In this document: piece after piece, positions 18,941-32,459 of the stretch
Layout: the number at the start of each line of letters is the position of its first letter
Position numbering within the stretch: the first letter of the stretch is position 1
Source: Eledone cirrhosa
Taxonomy: Eukaryota
NCBI GenBank assembly: GCA_964016885.1
Contig: OZ024742.1
Span: 354,206,001 to 354,270,000 of the forward strand
Direction: 5' to 3'
DNA: 64,000 nt
Translations under genes and position numbers: made by a program
Notes under the pieces: generated by a model
The model's database searches: none
What the model was told of the DNA's origin: nothing
Seen by the model: only the letters and a program-made list of their open reading frames with translations

Positions 18941-21448
18941 TATTCATTAGTTAAGCAAAACAAGACCACACATTTCACAAGGAAGACGTTATTAAAAGAT
19001 TGTCAACATATTTTAGTCTGATGTAAGGAATGTAGAGAATAATAATAATAATAATGTCCGTTTACAATTGTTTCGCTACTCCATATAATATTTCTGGATC
19101 AGATGAATATATATCATTATTGATCTGGTTCAATTGAAAATAATTAACATATTTAAAAACAGAGCGGCTCATCGGAGCTTCAAAGAAATATAAAATAATA
19201 TAAGGAGAGAATATTACATAATGTAATGTTCCATATATTAGTATTTCACTATGGTGTCCTGGTTGTATCAATTGTCAGCCATAATCAACAATTATTCATC
19301 TGTCGAGGCTGCATTATGTCAGATCTGCCTATGGGTAACAAGATGCCCACTAAAGGACATATTTACCTTACTAATTATAGGGTGGTTTCAGGGAGAGTAA
19401 CTCCTCGAGAGATTAGAAATTGTGGGTAGTTTATAGTTAAGTGCTAATTTTTTAATTTTTTAAATTGAAAGACAATGTAGGGGAGGTAACTGAAAATTAT
19501 CTGAGTTAGTTATAGCTATTTAACTTATTAGCAACAATAAAAATGGGGCTAGATGAATATGTTGTGTCAAATATTCTATTGGCGAAGGAATTAGCCCTTC
19601 GATGTTGACAGCTAATAGTTACCTCCGTTATATCGTTAATCGGTAGAGGTCGTGATAGAGTTATGTAATATGCTTCGGTAATACAGAGCTCACAAGATTT
19701 TATTCGTCCATTGAACGGTTGGGCCCTAGCTACGATATCCCATTTTAGTGAATGTTCAATGTTGCTTAATTTAAGGTTTTTAATGAGCCTAGCTAGCGAT
19801 GTCGAACAACTGTTGCTAGGGTCTCGGAAGGAAAAAGAGTGCGCGTTATAGCGTACCTTAAAAGGGTTAGAGTTAGACCTGATATAAGGGCTGGTATTCG
19901 AAGCAGTTTTAACTGTGTACCTATAGACTATGTTGGGTGTCAGGCAGTGTCCATTTAATGGGCATGCATTCGGATAACGGCAGTTGCAGTTGCTTCTGCC
20001 GTTAGTGAGATTAGGGTAGTTTAACCTAAGCGGTTGAACAGTGCTAGAAGGAGTTGATGGGGGAGGTGTGCTACTAGAGTAATTATTGGTGTAGTGCGCG
20101 TGGTGTATTTGATAGGGGTGGTGGTACCGCGGTGTGGGAGTTATACTGTCTTAGTTTATGAGGGTTACTGAATGCGATATGGCTAGCTAGGTTAGGTGTT
20201 GTGGCGAATGAGATTTTAATGTTATTTTTATTAAAGACTTTGTAATATCTATGGTTGGGGGAAGGGGGGGGGGGTTAGATCTGATAGAGAAGAAGCGTTT
20301 AGGGATATTAGTGGCTAGATTAGATGAGAATGGGTGGTTTAGCCAGGTGATATTTCTAGGTCTATTCCTTCTAGGGGTTCTAGTGGAGTTGGTAGGGGCC
20401 TTCCTAGAGTTTGTTATTTGTCATCCCATTCTCATTCCTATTCTAGGGTTGATTTTTAGTTTGCTACTTGGAGTGCGGAGCAGGCCGCTGCCACCATTAA
20501 ACTTCCCTGTATAGGTGCTGTTACTTCTAACATTCCGGCGAATCTGGCTATATGCTAGGGTATTTCTAGTTCTAGTGTTAAGTTTATTATGGTGAATTGC
20601 TGTGTTATGGCATTTAGGTATGTAGTAAATGGATTGTTCATAACCAGATTCAGAAAGAGCCTTATTATAATATTGTGCATGGTTTTGTAAATATCTCCTC
20701 ATTTGCTGATCGCATGAAGATCCTATACGAGATAGATTTGATTACTGCTCTGATGACTGCCGGTGGGTGGTTATAGTGTGGGCTAATATATGTGAGTATT
20801 TCACCTGGTTTATGGTAAGGGTAATATAGGTTATTGTTGAGATCCGGGGTGACGTCTAGGAAGTTTACTAATTTATGTTTCGGCTCGATGGTGAGAGAGA
20901 GACCGTTATTTTTAAAGAATCTATGTAAATGTCTATTTAGTAAATCAATGCCTTGCTTAGTGCAATTGTGGACTGCAAATAGGGCGTCGTCCCTGTGTAA
21001 TCCACCTTGCAAGGGTTGGATTTCGGCTCTGATGTTATGTAATACGTAAATTCCAACTAAATCGGTGGATTGCGCAGTCACTTCGGGCCCATCGTGATGT
21101 CAAATTTGTCTGTTCTATCTTTTCTAGTCCAGAGTGCTCCGTTGAATTAAATGATGGTCTGCCTAACCATAGTATGATGTTAATCTCATTATTGGTTATG
21201 TCCTAGTTGGTGCTGGCTAGGGTTAATGCTTTGTTAATTATTTTCAACTGAACCAGATCAATAATGATATATAGTCATCTGATCCAGAAATATATTATAT
21301 GGAGTAGCGAAACAATTGTAAACGGACATTATTATTATTAATATTAATATTATTATTCTCTACATTCCTTACATCAAACTAAAATATGTTGACAATATTT
21401 TAACAATGTCTTCCTTGTGAAATTGGTGGTCTTGTTTTGCTTAACTAA

Positions 21449-21454
<6 letters not shown>
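18941..21454 (-). mobile_element. Decayed Naiad-type PLE with inverted partial pLTR (18941-19149 / 21232-21454)
   Basis: RT and EN remnants between inverted repeats; HHR tail GAAACAATTGTA at 21309-21320 and its mirror. Confidence 0.88.
19560..21200 (-). pseudogene. Naiad-type PLE RT-thumb-linker-GIY-YIG, frameshifted
   Basis: GLHRDDAL, VNFLDVT, YHKP, NHPP, ALSESGY, RNITWLNHPFS, CNCRYPNACPLNGHC, NIVY, FKVRYNAH, CELC, CQH. Confidence 0.88.
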
Positions 21455-21485
<31 letters not shown>

Positions 21486-22239
21486 TTGTGTGTGGGGGGG
21501 GGGCGCCCGTGTATATGTATGTGTGTGTGTGTATGTGTGTATTTGAAAGCGGGTGTAAGAGTCTATGCAGAGAAAAGGCAAGATTGGAAATATCAAGGAA
21601 AATGTATTTAAGGGTTTGTTTTATTCGTTTTTCCCTTTCCTTGATTCGATTTAGCTTCACGCATAGCTATATACAGATATGTATGTAATCTCGTATTTAT
21701 AAAGAAACATGGCATGTTTATTGATAAACATTTAGAAAGCCATATATATGCAAAGCACGAGGTCTATCACCCTCTGGAAATGTCCTGTAGAAGCAAGGAG
21801 GGAGATCGTTGATGTATTTGGGAATTAATTGTTTCAAATCAGGTCGATTCCTCCCTCTTTTGCGACGTCTATAAATATACCGTGTTTCTTTAGAAATACG
21901 AAATTCAATACATATCTGTATACAGCTATGCCTGAAGCTAAACACTTATTCTACTCTATCATAAATTGAGCCAGCTTATGCAGCTCATATGCAAATGAGC
22001 TTAATCACCTCATTTATACTTACGAGAAAACCATATATTCTCGCCTGTTTTCAGGTCCAGCAGTCGCAAGAGTGGGAGGGATAGTCCTGATGAAAACCAT
22101 TGACGATGGATTGCCCCCCACCCACACCCATGCTTCTTCTGGACACCACGAGATGGCGATAGACCCGGTGTTTTGGTTAGCCGCGACTTTCTAAATGTTT
22201 ATCTATAAACATACCGTGTTTCTTTAGAAATACAGTATT

Positions 22240-22276
<37 letters not shown>

Positions 22277-22365
22277 CACATATTCCCACTCATATTGACA
22301 TACACATGTCTCTACCACACTCACGTACACATTCTTCTATATAATATGAATTGGGTATGTATACA

Positions 22366-22920
22366 CGGTAAACCATTATCTTTTACAATACATTTTTTAT
22401 AATTTATTTTGAAATTTTTCTTATTTGCTAAACCTTGATTATATATGTTCTGGCTCGTTAATTTATTAACCTGCCATTGAACCATATTGGCATATGGTTG
22501 GACAATACATGTTTCCCTAGACGCTTTGCCTGTAGGGTTATATACTTTATTATTATTCTCCTCTTGTTCGAGAAAAATCTGGTCGTTCTGATTGCTGCTA
22601 GTTATAGTGGTAGTAGACTGACCTCCCTGCCTTTGCTTCTATCTTTACACACGGCACTGGACGGAATTGATTCCACATCATTTATTCTCATCTCTGGAAC
22701 AATTTTGAATAGCGCCAGTTCGTAATTTGAACTCGGGAATTTTATATTCTCCTAGTGAAAAGATACTTCTGACGAGAGTTTATCATTTCAATGGAAGGCT
22801 GCAAGGACTGTCCATTTATTTTTGAGACTCGAAACCGATTCGGTAAAGGTAACCATAGTGAGTAAAGTTAATTTTTTAGAATTTATTTTGATACTTTTTC
22901 TTATTTGCTAAACCTTGATT
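22366..22920 (+). mobile_element. ~480-bp hammerhead-bearing non-coding unit with ~70-bp terminal direct redundancy
   Basis: 22366-22440 resembles 22842-22920; canonical HHR at the unit end; (TA)n follows. Confidence 0.6.
22764..22851 (+). ncRNA. Type I hammerhead, canonical core
   Basis: TACTT-CTGACGA(22769-22775)-GAGTTT...AGACTC-GAAA(22831-22834)-CCGATTCGG-TA-AAGGTA; predicted cut after 22845. Confidence 0.75.
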
Positions 22921-22936
22921 ATATATATATATATAT

Positions 22937-24908
22937 TTCTGAAATGGAATAAATATACTTTCCGAAGAAAACATAGAGAATCATTTCGTCGTCAGGGAAG
23001 ACTATTCTCAGCTAAGTATCCAGGCATAGCGTGGAGTCTGGAAACTTATTCAAAAATAATTCAGTGGATAGAAAATAGCAAAGCGTGGACTGAATTCCTA
23101 GCCATTGAGGAAATCACTGCCTCTGCGTCGGTGGCAAATTCAAAATGAATCAATCACGTGACATCGAGGTCAATCAGTGGAAAGTGGTTTGCTAATAAGA
23201 CAGCGGCCTGCCTGATACCATAGCAGCAGTCTTGGCCTATATTGCTCGACAAATAATTTGGAGATAATTATAAAGATTTAATATCTAGTAACATATATAT
23301 ACGTACAGATGCATATCAATGCTAGCAAATATATAGGTTTTGTCTTAGTAACTTCGTGGTTCAATGCATGGGGTTGCAGAACAATAATATGAGAGACGTA
23401 AAATAAGAAAATTATAAAATTAACTTACTAACCACTTTCCACTGATTGACCTCGATGTCACGTGATTGATTCTTTTTGAATTTGCCACCGACGCAGAGGC
23501 AGTGATTTTCTCAATGGCTAGGAATTCAGTCCACGCTTTCCTATTTTCTATCCACTGAATTATTTTTGAATACGTTTCCAGAGTCTACGCTTTGCCTGGA
23601 TACTTAGCTGAGAATAGTCTTCCCTGACGACGAAATGATTCTCAATGTTTTCTTCGGAAAGTATATTTATTCCATTTCAGAAACTAATTAGTTGGAAGTG
23701 ATATTTTAGTAAGTAAGTTAATTTCATAATTTTCTTATTTTACGTCTCTCATATTATTGTTCTGCAACCCCATGCATTGAACCACAAAGTTACTAAGACA
23801 AAACCTATATATTTGCCTGCATTGATATGCATCTGTATGTATATATATGTTACTAGATATTAATTCTTTATAATTATCTCCAAATTATTTGTCGAGCAAT
23901 ATTGACCAAGACTGCTGCTATGTTAGCAGGCAGGCCACTGTCTTATTAGCAAACCACTTTCCACTGATTGACCTCGATGTCACGTGATTGATTCTTTTTG
24001 AATTTGCCACCGACGCAGAGGCAGTGATTTTCTCAATTGCTAGGAATTCAGTCCACGCTTTCCTATTTTCTATCCACTGAATTATTTTTGAATAAGTTAC
24101 CAGAGTCCACGCTTTGCCTGGATACTTAGCTGAGAATAGTCTTCCCTGACGACGAAATGATTCTCAATGTTTTCTTCGGAAAGTATATTTATTCCAATTC
24201 AGAAACTAATTAGTTGGAAGTGATATTTTAGTAAGTAAGTTAAATTTATAATTTTCTTATTTTACGTCTCTCATTATTGTTCTGCAACCCCATGCATTGA
24301 ACCACAAACTTACTAAGACAAAACCTATATATTTGCTAGCATTGATATGCATATGTATGTATATATATATGTTACTAGATATTAATTCTTTATAATTATC
24401 TCCAAATTATTTGTCGAGCAATATTGGCCAAGACTGCTGCTATGGTAGCAGGCAGGCCGCTGTCTTATTAGCAAACCACTTTCCACTGATTGACCTCGAT
24501 GTCACGTGATTGATTCTTTTTTAATTTGCCACCGACGCAGAGGCAGTGATTTTCTCAATGGCTAGGAATTCAGTCCACGCTTTGCTATTTTCTATCCACT
24601 GAATTATTTTTGAATAAGTTTCCAGCGTCCACGCTTTACATGGATACTTAGCTGAAAATAGTCTTCCCTGACAACGAAATGATTCTCAATGTTTTCTTCG
24701 GAAAGTATATTTATTCCATTTCAGAAACTAATTAGTTGGAAGTGATATTTTAGTAAGTTAATTTTATAATTTTCTTATTTTACGTCTCTCATATTATTGT
24801 TCTGCAACCCCATGCATTGAACCACAAACTTACTAAGACAAAACCTATATATTTGCTAGCATTGATATACATCTGTATGTATATATATATGTTACTAGAT
24901 ATTAATTA
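22937..24908 (+). repeat. 522-bp tandem repeat (~2.8 units, 23431-24908) preceded by an inverted ~1 unit (22937-23430); hammerhead-like core in each unit
   Basis: CTGACGACGAAA at 23624 and 24146, CTGACAACGAAA at 24668 (period 522); minus copy at ~22985. Confidence 0.85.
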
Positions 24909-24910
24909 TT

Positions 24911-24988
<78 letters not shown>

Positions 24989-25871
24989 AGTATATATATC
25001 GTCACGGGAATGTGAATATAGATAATTTTGGATAGATTCATATATAGATCACTTCCTCAATTCTATCCAGAGAATTATAGCATATATAGTGTGCTGTTGA
25101 ATTCGTTTTTTGTATTGTGTTTAGAAATTTAACTGCCAGCTATATTGACACTGGTGTTAAATCCTTGACTAATTTAGCTTTATTAAGTAATGACACATGA
25201 GTGTAAATCACATCGTACTTAGCCCTACATATAATGATGAAAATCAACTGAAATAGATAGCTGACAGCGATATTCTCCATTTAAGGAATAGATAATTCCT
25301 TTTTGATTTTGGCTCATAGTTTATGCCATACATATGGTAGAACCTATTCCTGCAAATGTTTTACATAACTATTCCGTATTTATTTGCTACCAAATAAGAA
25401 ATCAATTCCAAAACATCATTAATAATACAATATATAATACATAGTGTGGTTACAAATGTATCATAATTTAATATTTAATCGAACACTTATAGGTTTAAAT
25501 ATTTATCCAATACATTCATATCCGTATCTCACTTATAATTCATAAATCGTTGGTCACGATATGCAGTAAGGACTTACCCCTCTCGAACAGAATATACTGT
25601 TCATTTTAAAATTAATCTTTGAGCAGTATTTGAGATAATACACTCTGAAGAGCAAACATGAACGTGTGGATCAGAATATCATTTGACAGGAATCATATGT
25701 ATATTATGCTTCAGTTTATATCCATACATAGTGCGCATTTTAAATCGAATTTTTGACATAGGTACAGAGGACAACCTGAAGTATTGATGTCGCTTCTTAT
25801 ATATATAAAAATATATATACATATATATACATATGCGTGTGGGGGGAGAGGGGTTTCGGGTTTCTTCGTGT

Positions 25872-25906
<35 letters not shown>

Positions 25907-25974
25907 CAATTTAAATCGATGACCGGACGTATATATATATGTATATCTCTATATATATATATATGTATAAGATA

Positions 25975-26330
25975 TTCCGGGTTGAATCAGAGGTAACCAC
26001 AGTAAGTAAGGTAATCAATACATAGCAGAGTATAACAGTTTTAATATAGAAGAGCTTATACAGGACTAGAACTGTTTCATTCGTGAGAAATCTTCAGGAA
26101 GCTGGCTGTCAAAGTAAATGGTTGTATTTATATTTTTCCTTATTTGGAGGTAGGAGAGGGTTGGGATTGAGATGGGTGTAGGTCATTGGTTGAAGGATTT
26201 AAAGTAAAGGGAGTTCATTACAGCTAATTGTTTAAAGCTATAATATTAACAAAGGCAGAAAGAATACTGAAAACAAATTCAAAATTGGTATACCAATCCT
26301 TGTTTATCACTTAAAGTAAGAATGCCTGTA
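25975..26330 (-). mobile_element. PLE pLTR family B copy with hammerhead (26053-26103)
   Basis: Minus: AGCTTC-CTGAAGA-TTTCTCACGAAT-GAAA-CAG..CTG-TA-TAAGCT; homologous to 30713-30995 and 5455-5560. Confidence 0.7.
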
Positions 26331-26777
26331 AGACAGGTGTCTATAGATTGGGTGGGGTTCAATGGTTTAAAGAAAAGGGAAATTCATTAGAAACTAATTC
26401 TTTAAGGCCCTAATAAGGGTGACAAAGACAGAAAAGGTTCTATCAACAGTTACAAGTGTTGGGATGGACCCCCTGTAGTGAAGTTTCTCTTATGTATATT
26501 CCAGGTGTCAACAAACACATTTACACACGCGCCCACGTACACACACTTACACGCACGCACACGCAGGCAGACACACACACAGCAAACATACATAATGGGA
26601 CATACATACATACATACCAATACATACATACAAACACATATAGATGTGTACATACATATATATACATATATATATATATATACACATATATATATATATA
26701 TACACATAGATATATATTAAGATATATACACACACATATAAACATACACACATACACAATATATATACACACATATA

Positions 26778-26828
<51 letters not shown>

Positions 26829-26835
<7 letters not shown>

Positions 26836-27722
26836 AGAATTAGTATATCTAGTAACATATATATACACAGATGCATACTTATGTTAGCAAATATATAGGT
26901 TTTGTCTTAGTAACTATGTGGTTCAATGCATGGGGTTGCAGAACAATAATATGAGAGACGTAAAATAAGAAAATTATAAAATTAACTTACTTAAAATTCA
27001 GTCCCAACTAATTAGTTTCTGAAAGGGATTAAACATACTATCCGAAGAACGCACGGAGAACCTTTCGTCATCAGGGAAGTCTATTCTCAGCTAAGTTTCC
27101 AGGCAATACGTGGACACAGGGAACTTATACAAAAATAATTCAGTGGATGAAAAAAGCAAAGCGAGGACTAATTCCAAGCCATTGATAAAATCACTGCCTA
27201 CTTCGTCGCTGGCAAATTCAAAAGAATCAATCGCGTGACATCGAGGTCAATCAGTGGATAGTGGTTTGTTAGTAAGACAGCAGCCGTACTGCTACTATAG
27301 CAGCAGTCTTGGCCATTTTTGCTCGACAAATAATTTTGGAGATAATTATAAAGAATTAGTATATCTAGTAACATATATATACACAGATGCATACTTATGT
27401 TAGCAAATATATAGGTTTTGTCTTAGTAACTATGTAGTTCAATGCATGGTGTTGCCGAACAATAATATGAGAGACGTAAAATAAGAAAATTATAAAATTA
27501 ACTTACTTACTTCCTCGCTTTGCTTTTTCCATCCACTGAATTATTTTTTGTATAAGTTCCCTGTGTCCACGTATTGCCTGCAAACTTAGCTGAGAATAGA
27601 CTTCCCTGATGACGAAAGGCTTCTCCGTGCGTTCTTCGGATAGTACGTTTAATCCCTTTCAGAAACTAATTAGTTGGGAGTGAATTTTAAGTAAGTTAAT
27701 TTTATAATTTTCTTATTTTACG

Positions 27723-27731
<9 letters not shown>
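26829..27731 (-). repeat. Diverged subfamily of the 522-bp repeat (minus 26829-27510, period ~516; inverted 27513-27731)
   Basis: Alignable to 22937-24908; core CTGATGACGAAA at 27606-27617 and its mirror at ~27063. Confidence 0.85.
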
Positions 27732-27770
<39 letters not shown>

Positions 27771-27774
<4 letters not shown>

Positions 27775-28105
27775 AATTAAGTTAAAAATGTACATCCACA
27801 TATGTATACTGAAATACTAGTATGCATATGAATACACACACGTGTACATATGTAGATGTAGCGAGTTTTTCACTGGTCACTTTACTGTGAGTGTCCAGCT
27901 ATTCTGTATGTAAACACACAGACAAACCGGTTTTTAGAGTCATACTGGTTTGTCTGTGTGTTTACATACAGAATAGCTGGACACTCACAGTAAAGTGACC
28001 AGTGAAAAACTCGGTACATCTACATATGTACACGTGTGTGTATTCATATGCATACTAGTATTTCAGTATACATATGTGGATGTACATTTTTAACTTAATT
28101 GTTTA
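27771..28105. repeat. Near-perfect fold-back, arms ~160 bp
   Basis: 27771-27931 is the reverse complement of 27944-28105; flanked by (TA)n. Confidence 0.9.
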
Positions 28106-28167
28106 AGCGTCAGTCATACAAAAGTGAGTTACAAACGAAACGAAATTTAATTTCGTTTCGTTATTTG

Positions 28168-28212
<45 letters not shown>

Positions 28213-28218
<6 letters not shown>

Positions 28219-28537
28219 AACTAAAATAAATCAATAAGTCAAATATTTAAAATTTGGCTTCATTTATTACTGCTATATATATATATCGGTGACAGCCATA
28301 TTTGGCTGTGACCTCTTCAGGCAGTCCGAATTAGTGTGGTAGAGACGAGTACACATGTTGTTGAGGTGTTAACTTTGTCAATAATATGATATGCCCAGTT
28401 CCTGGTTGGGTCTCGACCAGACTAATTCGGACTGCCTGAAGAGGTTAAAGATAAAAATGGCTGTCACCGAAATATAAATAGCAGTAATAAAAGAAGCCGG
28501 ATTTTAAATATTTAACTTATTTATTTATTTCAGATTA
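28213..28537 (+). mobile_element. Fold-back pLTR remnant with a hammerhead in both arms (28269-28325 minus, 28431-28485 plus)
   Basis: ACTGC-CTGAAGA-GGT...ACC-GAAA-TATAAA-TA-GCAGT. Confidence 0.7.
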
Positions 28538-28656
28538 TTTTACATTACTCCGGAGTAAACCAACCAACCTGTGCACTTCGTCGGGTGCTCCATTATGCAT
28601 TCCAGGGTGTCGGCACAAAACCAACATATACTAATATATATTACTCAGTATACACT

Positions 28657-28948
28657 GAGGATGAAAAACTCAGAGCTGTTTGGGAGCATCCCAAAAGACA
28701 GCTCAAAATTGACACAGAGGAGACTGAGGTTGGCTGGACATGCTCACCGACATCCAGAGTTGACATGGCATTCAGTGCTCCTGTGGGAGCCCCTACATGG
28801 ACACACTAGAAGAGGAAGACCAAGGTTAACGTATGTTGATGCCCTAAGGACAGACACTGGTCTGTTGGAGATGCAGGACATGGCAGCGATAATGAGGGAC
28901 AGAGACCACTGGAGAGAACTCGTCCATGGATCTCGGGAATTTTACCCG

Positions 28949-28950
<2 letters not shown>
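28657..28950 (+). mobile_element. RTE-clade LINE 3' end fragment
   Basis: RRLRLAGHAHRH...LLWEPLHGHTRRGRPRLTYVDAL..D......MRDRDHWR, the typical RTE ORF C-terminus. Confidence 0.85.
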
Positions 28951-28985
<35 letters not shown>

Positions 28986-29370
28986 AATATGATAATAATG
29001 GAGCTGCGGCGCTGCAAATGGGTTACATTTGAAAAGGTTTGTCCTCATCAGTGGCCATCCAACGGTCGTAAGCATTTCGTCGCATTAAAGGCCATATGCC
29101 TCAGGTTGGTGCGAGTAACGGCTAAAAAAAAAGTCGTTGGGACACGTAAATAAAGGGGACGCTAGGGTAAACAAACAAAATGATTTAAGCAGCAGAAAGT
29201 GATGAAGAAGGAAACAAGTCCCAGATTTCTATGAATATAAATTCGGTGGAATCGTGAACGAGAGAATAAAGACCATCAAACATGGTTGAAATGTGAGCAA
29301 GGAAGGAATTTCGCACAGGTCTAACGGGAGGAAGAAGGGGTCTGGTCTGCGAATTCGGTAAACATAAGTT

Positions 29371-29415
<45 letters not shown>

Positions 29416-30521
29416 GTATAAAAATCAATACAATATAATTACCTCATTACCAGAGGTTTCCCGATTGAGGCGAATACGAAAGAAACGTCTTCATTCGTTC
29501 GTCATACGAGGCAATATAAAACATAGCTAAATACTTGGAAAGTCTCATCAAGAAAAGCCAAAAAAAATATAGACAAATGAATTAGAATATGAAATATATA
29601 AAAATATTTCAAGAAATATAGTTAGGTGTGTGTATATGTATGTATATACGCTAACAGATGTGCATATATGTGTATGCACATATGTATACGTATAGTGAAA
29701 AAGTGTGCGTAAATATTTAATTTAGGGCAAATGTATCTGTAATCTACAGACAGAATAGAAACATCATAAGAATATGAAGGCACGCGCATAAACATACCTA
29801 CACACACGTACACTTATATGCGGAAGTAAAAGAGGTAAGGGAGTGTAATAATTAAAGGAAAGTATCAATCTCGATATATTTATAAAAATGGAACAATAAT
29901 TTAGAAAGAAAAAATTAAAGAAAAGAAGACAAACAAGGAACATCTCGCAAAAGAAACGTATATCTCGCAAAAGAAACGCAAAAATATACATGCTTATATG
30001 CACACGCACACTTACACATCCATACGTTCGATACGTACACACACACGCACATACACACACACATACTTACACTCACGCATATTGACCTGTTTGCATGCAC
30101 ACGCATAAAAATGAGGATGTAAAAAAGGGGGAGAATAAAAACGAAACAAAACCTAAAACCTAGATGTAAAAACACGGATATAAAGGCACATACACATACA
30201 TATATATGTATATACACGCACGCACGCGCACATACGTAGGTGCTCATGTACATATATAGAAAGTATACACACATTAAGGCGTTCAGACACATAGATACAT
30301 TGAACTTTTAAAGTTTTTTTCTGCTTAGAACCCACCCTGACACATAAGAATTACATGTGTAAAGTTTGAAAACAGCCGGTTCGGTGGTTCTCCAGCTTTA
30401 AGGATTCGAACTCACACACGCACAGACAGACATCCTCAGTTTTATATATATATGTATACGTATATGTATGTATGCAATAGAGCGTCTATGTGCGTGCGTG
30501 TATATGTATATGTATATGTAC

Positions 30522-30591
<70 letters not shown>

Positions 30592-30712
30592 TTGTGTGTA
30601 TCTATATGAATGTGTATGTGTGTATGTGTGTGTATATATCTGTATATATATCTATGTGTATATATATATATGTGTGTGTATATATATATATTTGTCTTAC
30701 ATGCATTGTTAC

Positions 30713-30995
30713 TTTAAGTGAATAACAAGGATTGGTATTCCAATTTTGAATTTGTTTACAGTATTCTTTCTGCCTTGTTAATATTATAGCTTTAAAGAAT
30801 TAGCTTTTAATGAACTCCCTTTTATTTAAATCCATCAACAAATTGCCTACACCCATCCCAATCCCCACCCTCTCCTACCACCAGATAAGGAAAGACATAA
30901 ATACTCCATTTATTTGGACATCCAGCTTCCTGATGATTTCTCACGAATGAAATAGTTCTAGTCCTGTGGAAGCTCTTCTATATTAAAACTATATC
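30713..30995 (+). mobile_element. PLE pLTR family B copy with hammerhead (30924-30974; GUG at the cut site)
   Basis: AGCTTC-CTGATGA-TTTCTCACGAAT-GAAA-TAG..CTG-TG-GAAGCT. Confidence 0.7.
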
Positions 30996-31740
30996 TATAT
31001 TTGTTGTAAGGTTGCTTGGATGCGTCCATAGGGGGAATGCCCGTTGAGAACTCTATGCACCTTCGGAGCAGGGTATGATATTATGGAAAACGAAGAATCA
31101 GTTTTGCATCGGAACACAATTTATTACGTATTGCAGTTGTTTCTCCGGCGAGCAGCTCGAGTTGCGATCTGTTGGTGGATCGAACCTGACTCTGGATTCG
31201 CAAGTTCCTCAGATATGTCTAGTGATTTCGAAGCAAATTCTCCCTCTCTCTCTATATATATATATATGATATATATATAGGTATACGTAAAACATCCAAG
31301 TACATTACAAAATAAAGTGAGGGTTGGTTCAGGAATATGATGTACATGACTAGAGTGATATTTCCCTATACTCTTCTAAAAACCAACTAAATGTATGGCA
31401 CTCATGTTGAATGCAAATATATCAGATACAAACACAAACATATAAATATGTAAAAGAGTGATTAAACATGGCCAAAATAATTTAGTAAATGTCAAGGGAA
31501 TATATTGATAATATTTATTTCCCGAATACGAAATAGACTATAAAATATATAATTATAGGGAAATATTCATTTCTATGCTATTATAATAGTCGCTTATTTT
31601 AGTAATAGTTGAACTCTTACCAAATGTGTAATTATCGAATAGGATATTTTAATTAACATTATTTGGAAGCAATCGCTTCCCGAAAATTTTCGGAATGGTG
31701 TTTAAAATTTATTGGATTAATAATAACCTAGTGTATGAAT

Positions 31741-32035
31741 GTGAAGGCGCATGGCTTAGTGATTTATTCTCAGACCGGATGATGTTTTGTGTCCTTGGGA
31801 CACATTATATTGCTCCAGTTTACTAATGGGTAGAAATTGTTGCACCGACATTAGTGCCAAGCTTTGTCAGCTATTGGCTTTTCTTGAACAACATCGTTAT
31901 CGGAGTGACGGGTGACCGCAACTCATGGTAGACTGCTGGTCTTCAACAAAAAGAAAATTGCCCGGACTTGTGTCTCCCAGAGACATTTTCTATGTGCAAA
32001 TCCCTGGTCATTCGTGACCGAAGGTGGTCTTTACA
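31741..32035 (+). mobile_element. Decayed second tRNA-derived SINE family
   Basis: Head GAAGGCGCATGGCTTAGTG (A-box-like) and tail TCGTGACCGAAGG..TCTTTAC; recognised by pattern only. Confidence 0.5.
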
Positions 32036-32459
32036 TTTTTACTCTTTTACCCGTTCCAGCAATCCGACTAAGGCCATACTTGTGCACGGCATGATTAATT
32101 TAAATGCGAATATTTAAATGTTCTAATATATCTAAGACCTCGTTTAATGGTGAATTGCATCAGATCAAATGGAACATATGATAAGCAATAAATGAATAAA
32201 ATCAATGTACATTGGTTTATAATGGCGTGTTGAACGTCACACCGAATGTCATGAACAAGCAGATCACACTTAATAATATATTTCTCTAATGTTCACTTAT
32301 ATAATATCATCATTTAGATGTTTGTGTATCTGTGTATTATCTAGCAATCACATCGACGTTGTTATTGTCTGTATATTGTGGATTGGTAATACCGGTAAAG
32401 CATTGGATAACTTAAATTGTGATATATAGTTACGGATAATTCAGTTCTTACTTCATATC

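Noticed and set aside
22080-22115. CTGATGA followed by a short hairpin
   Set aside because: No GAAA or stem III follows; at most half a motif.
25640-25675. CTGAAGAG motif
   Set aside because: No supporting stems.
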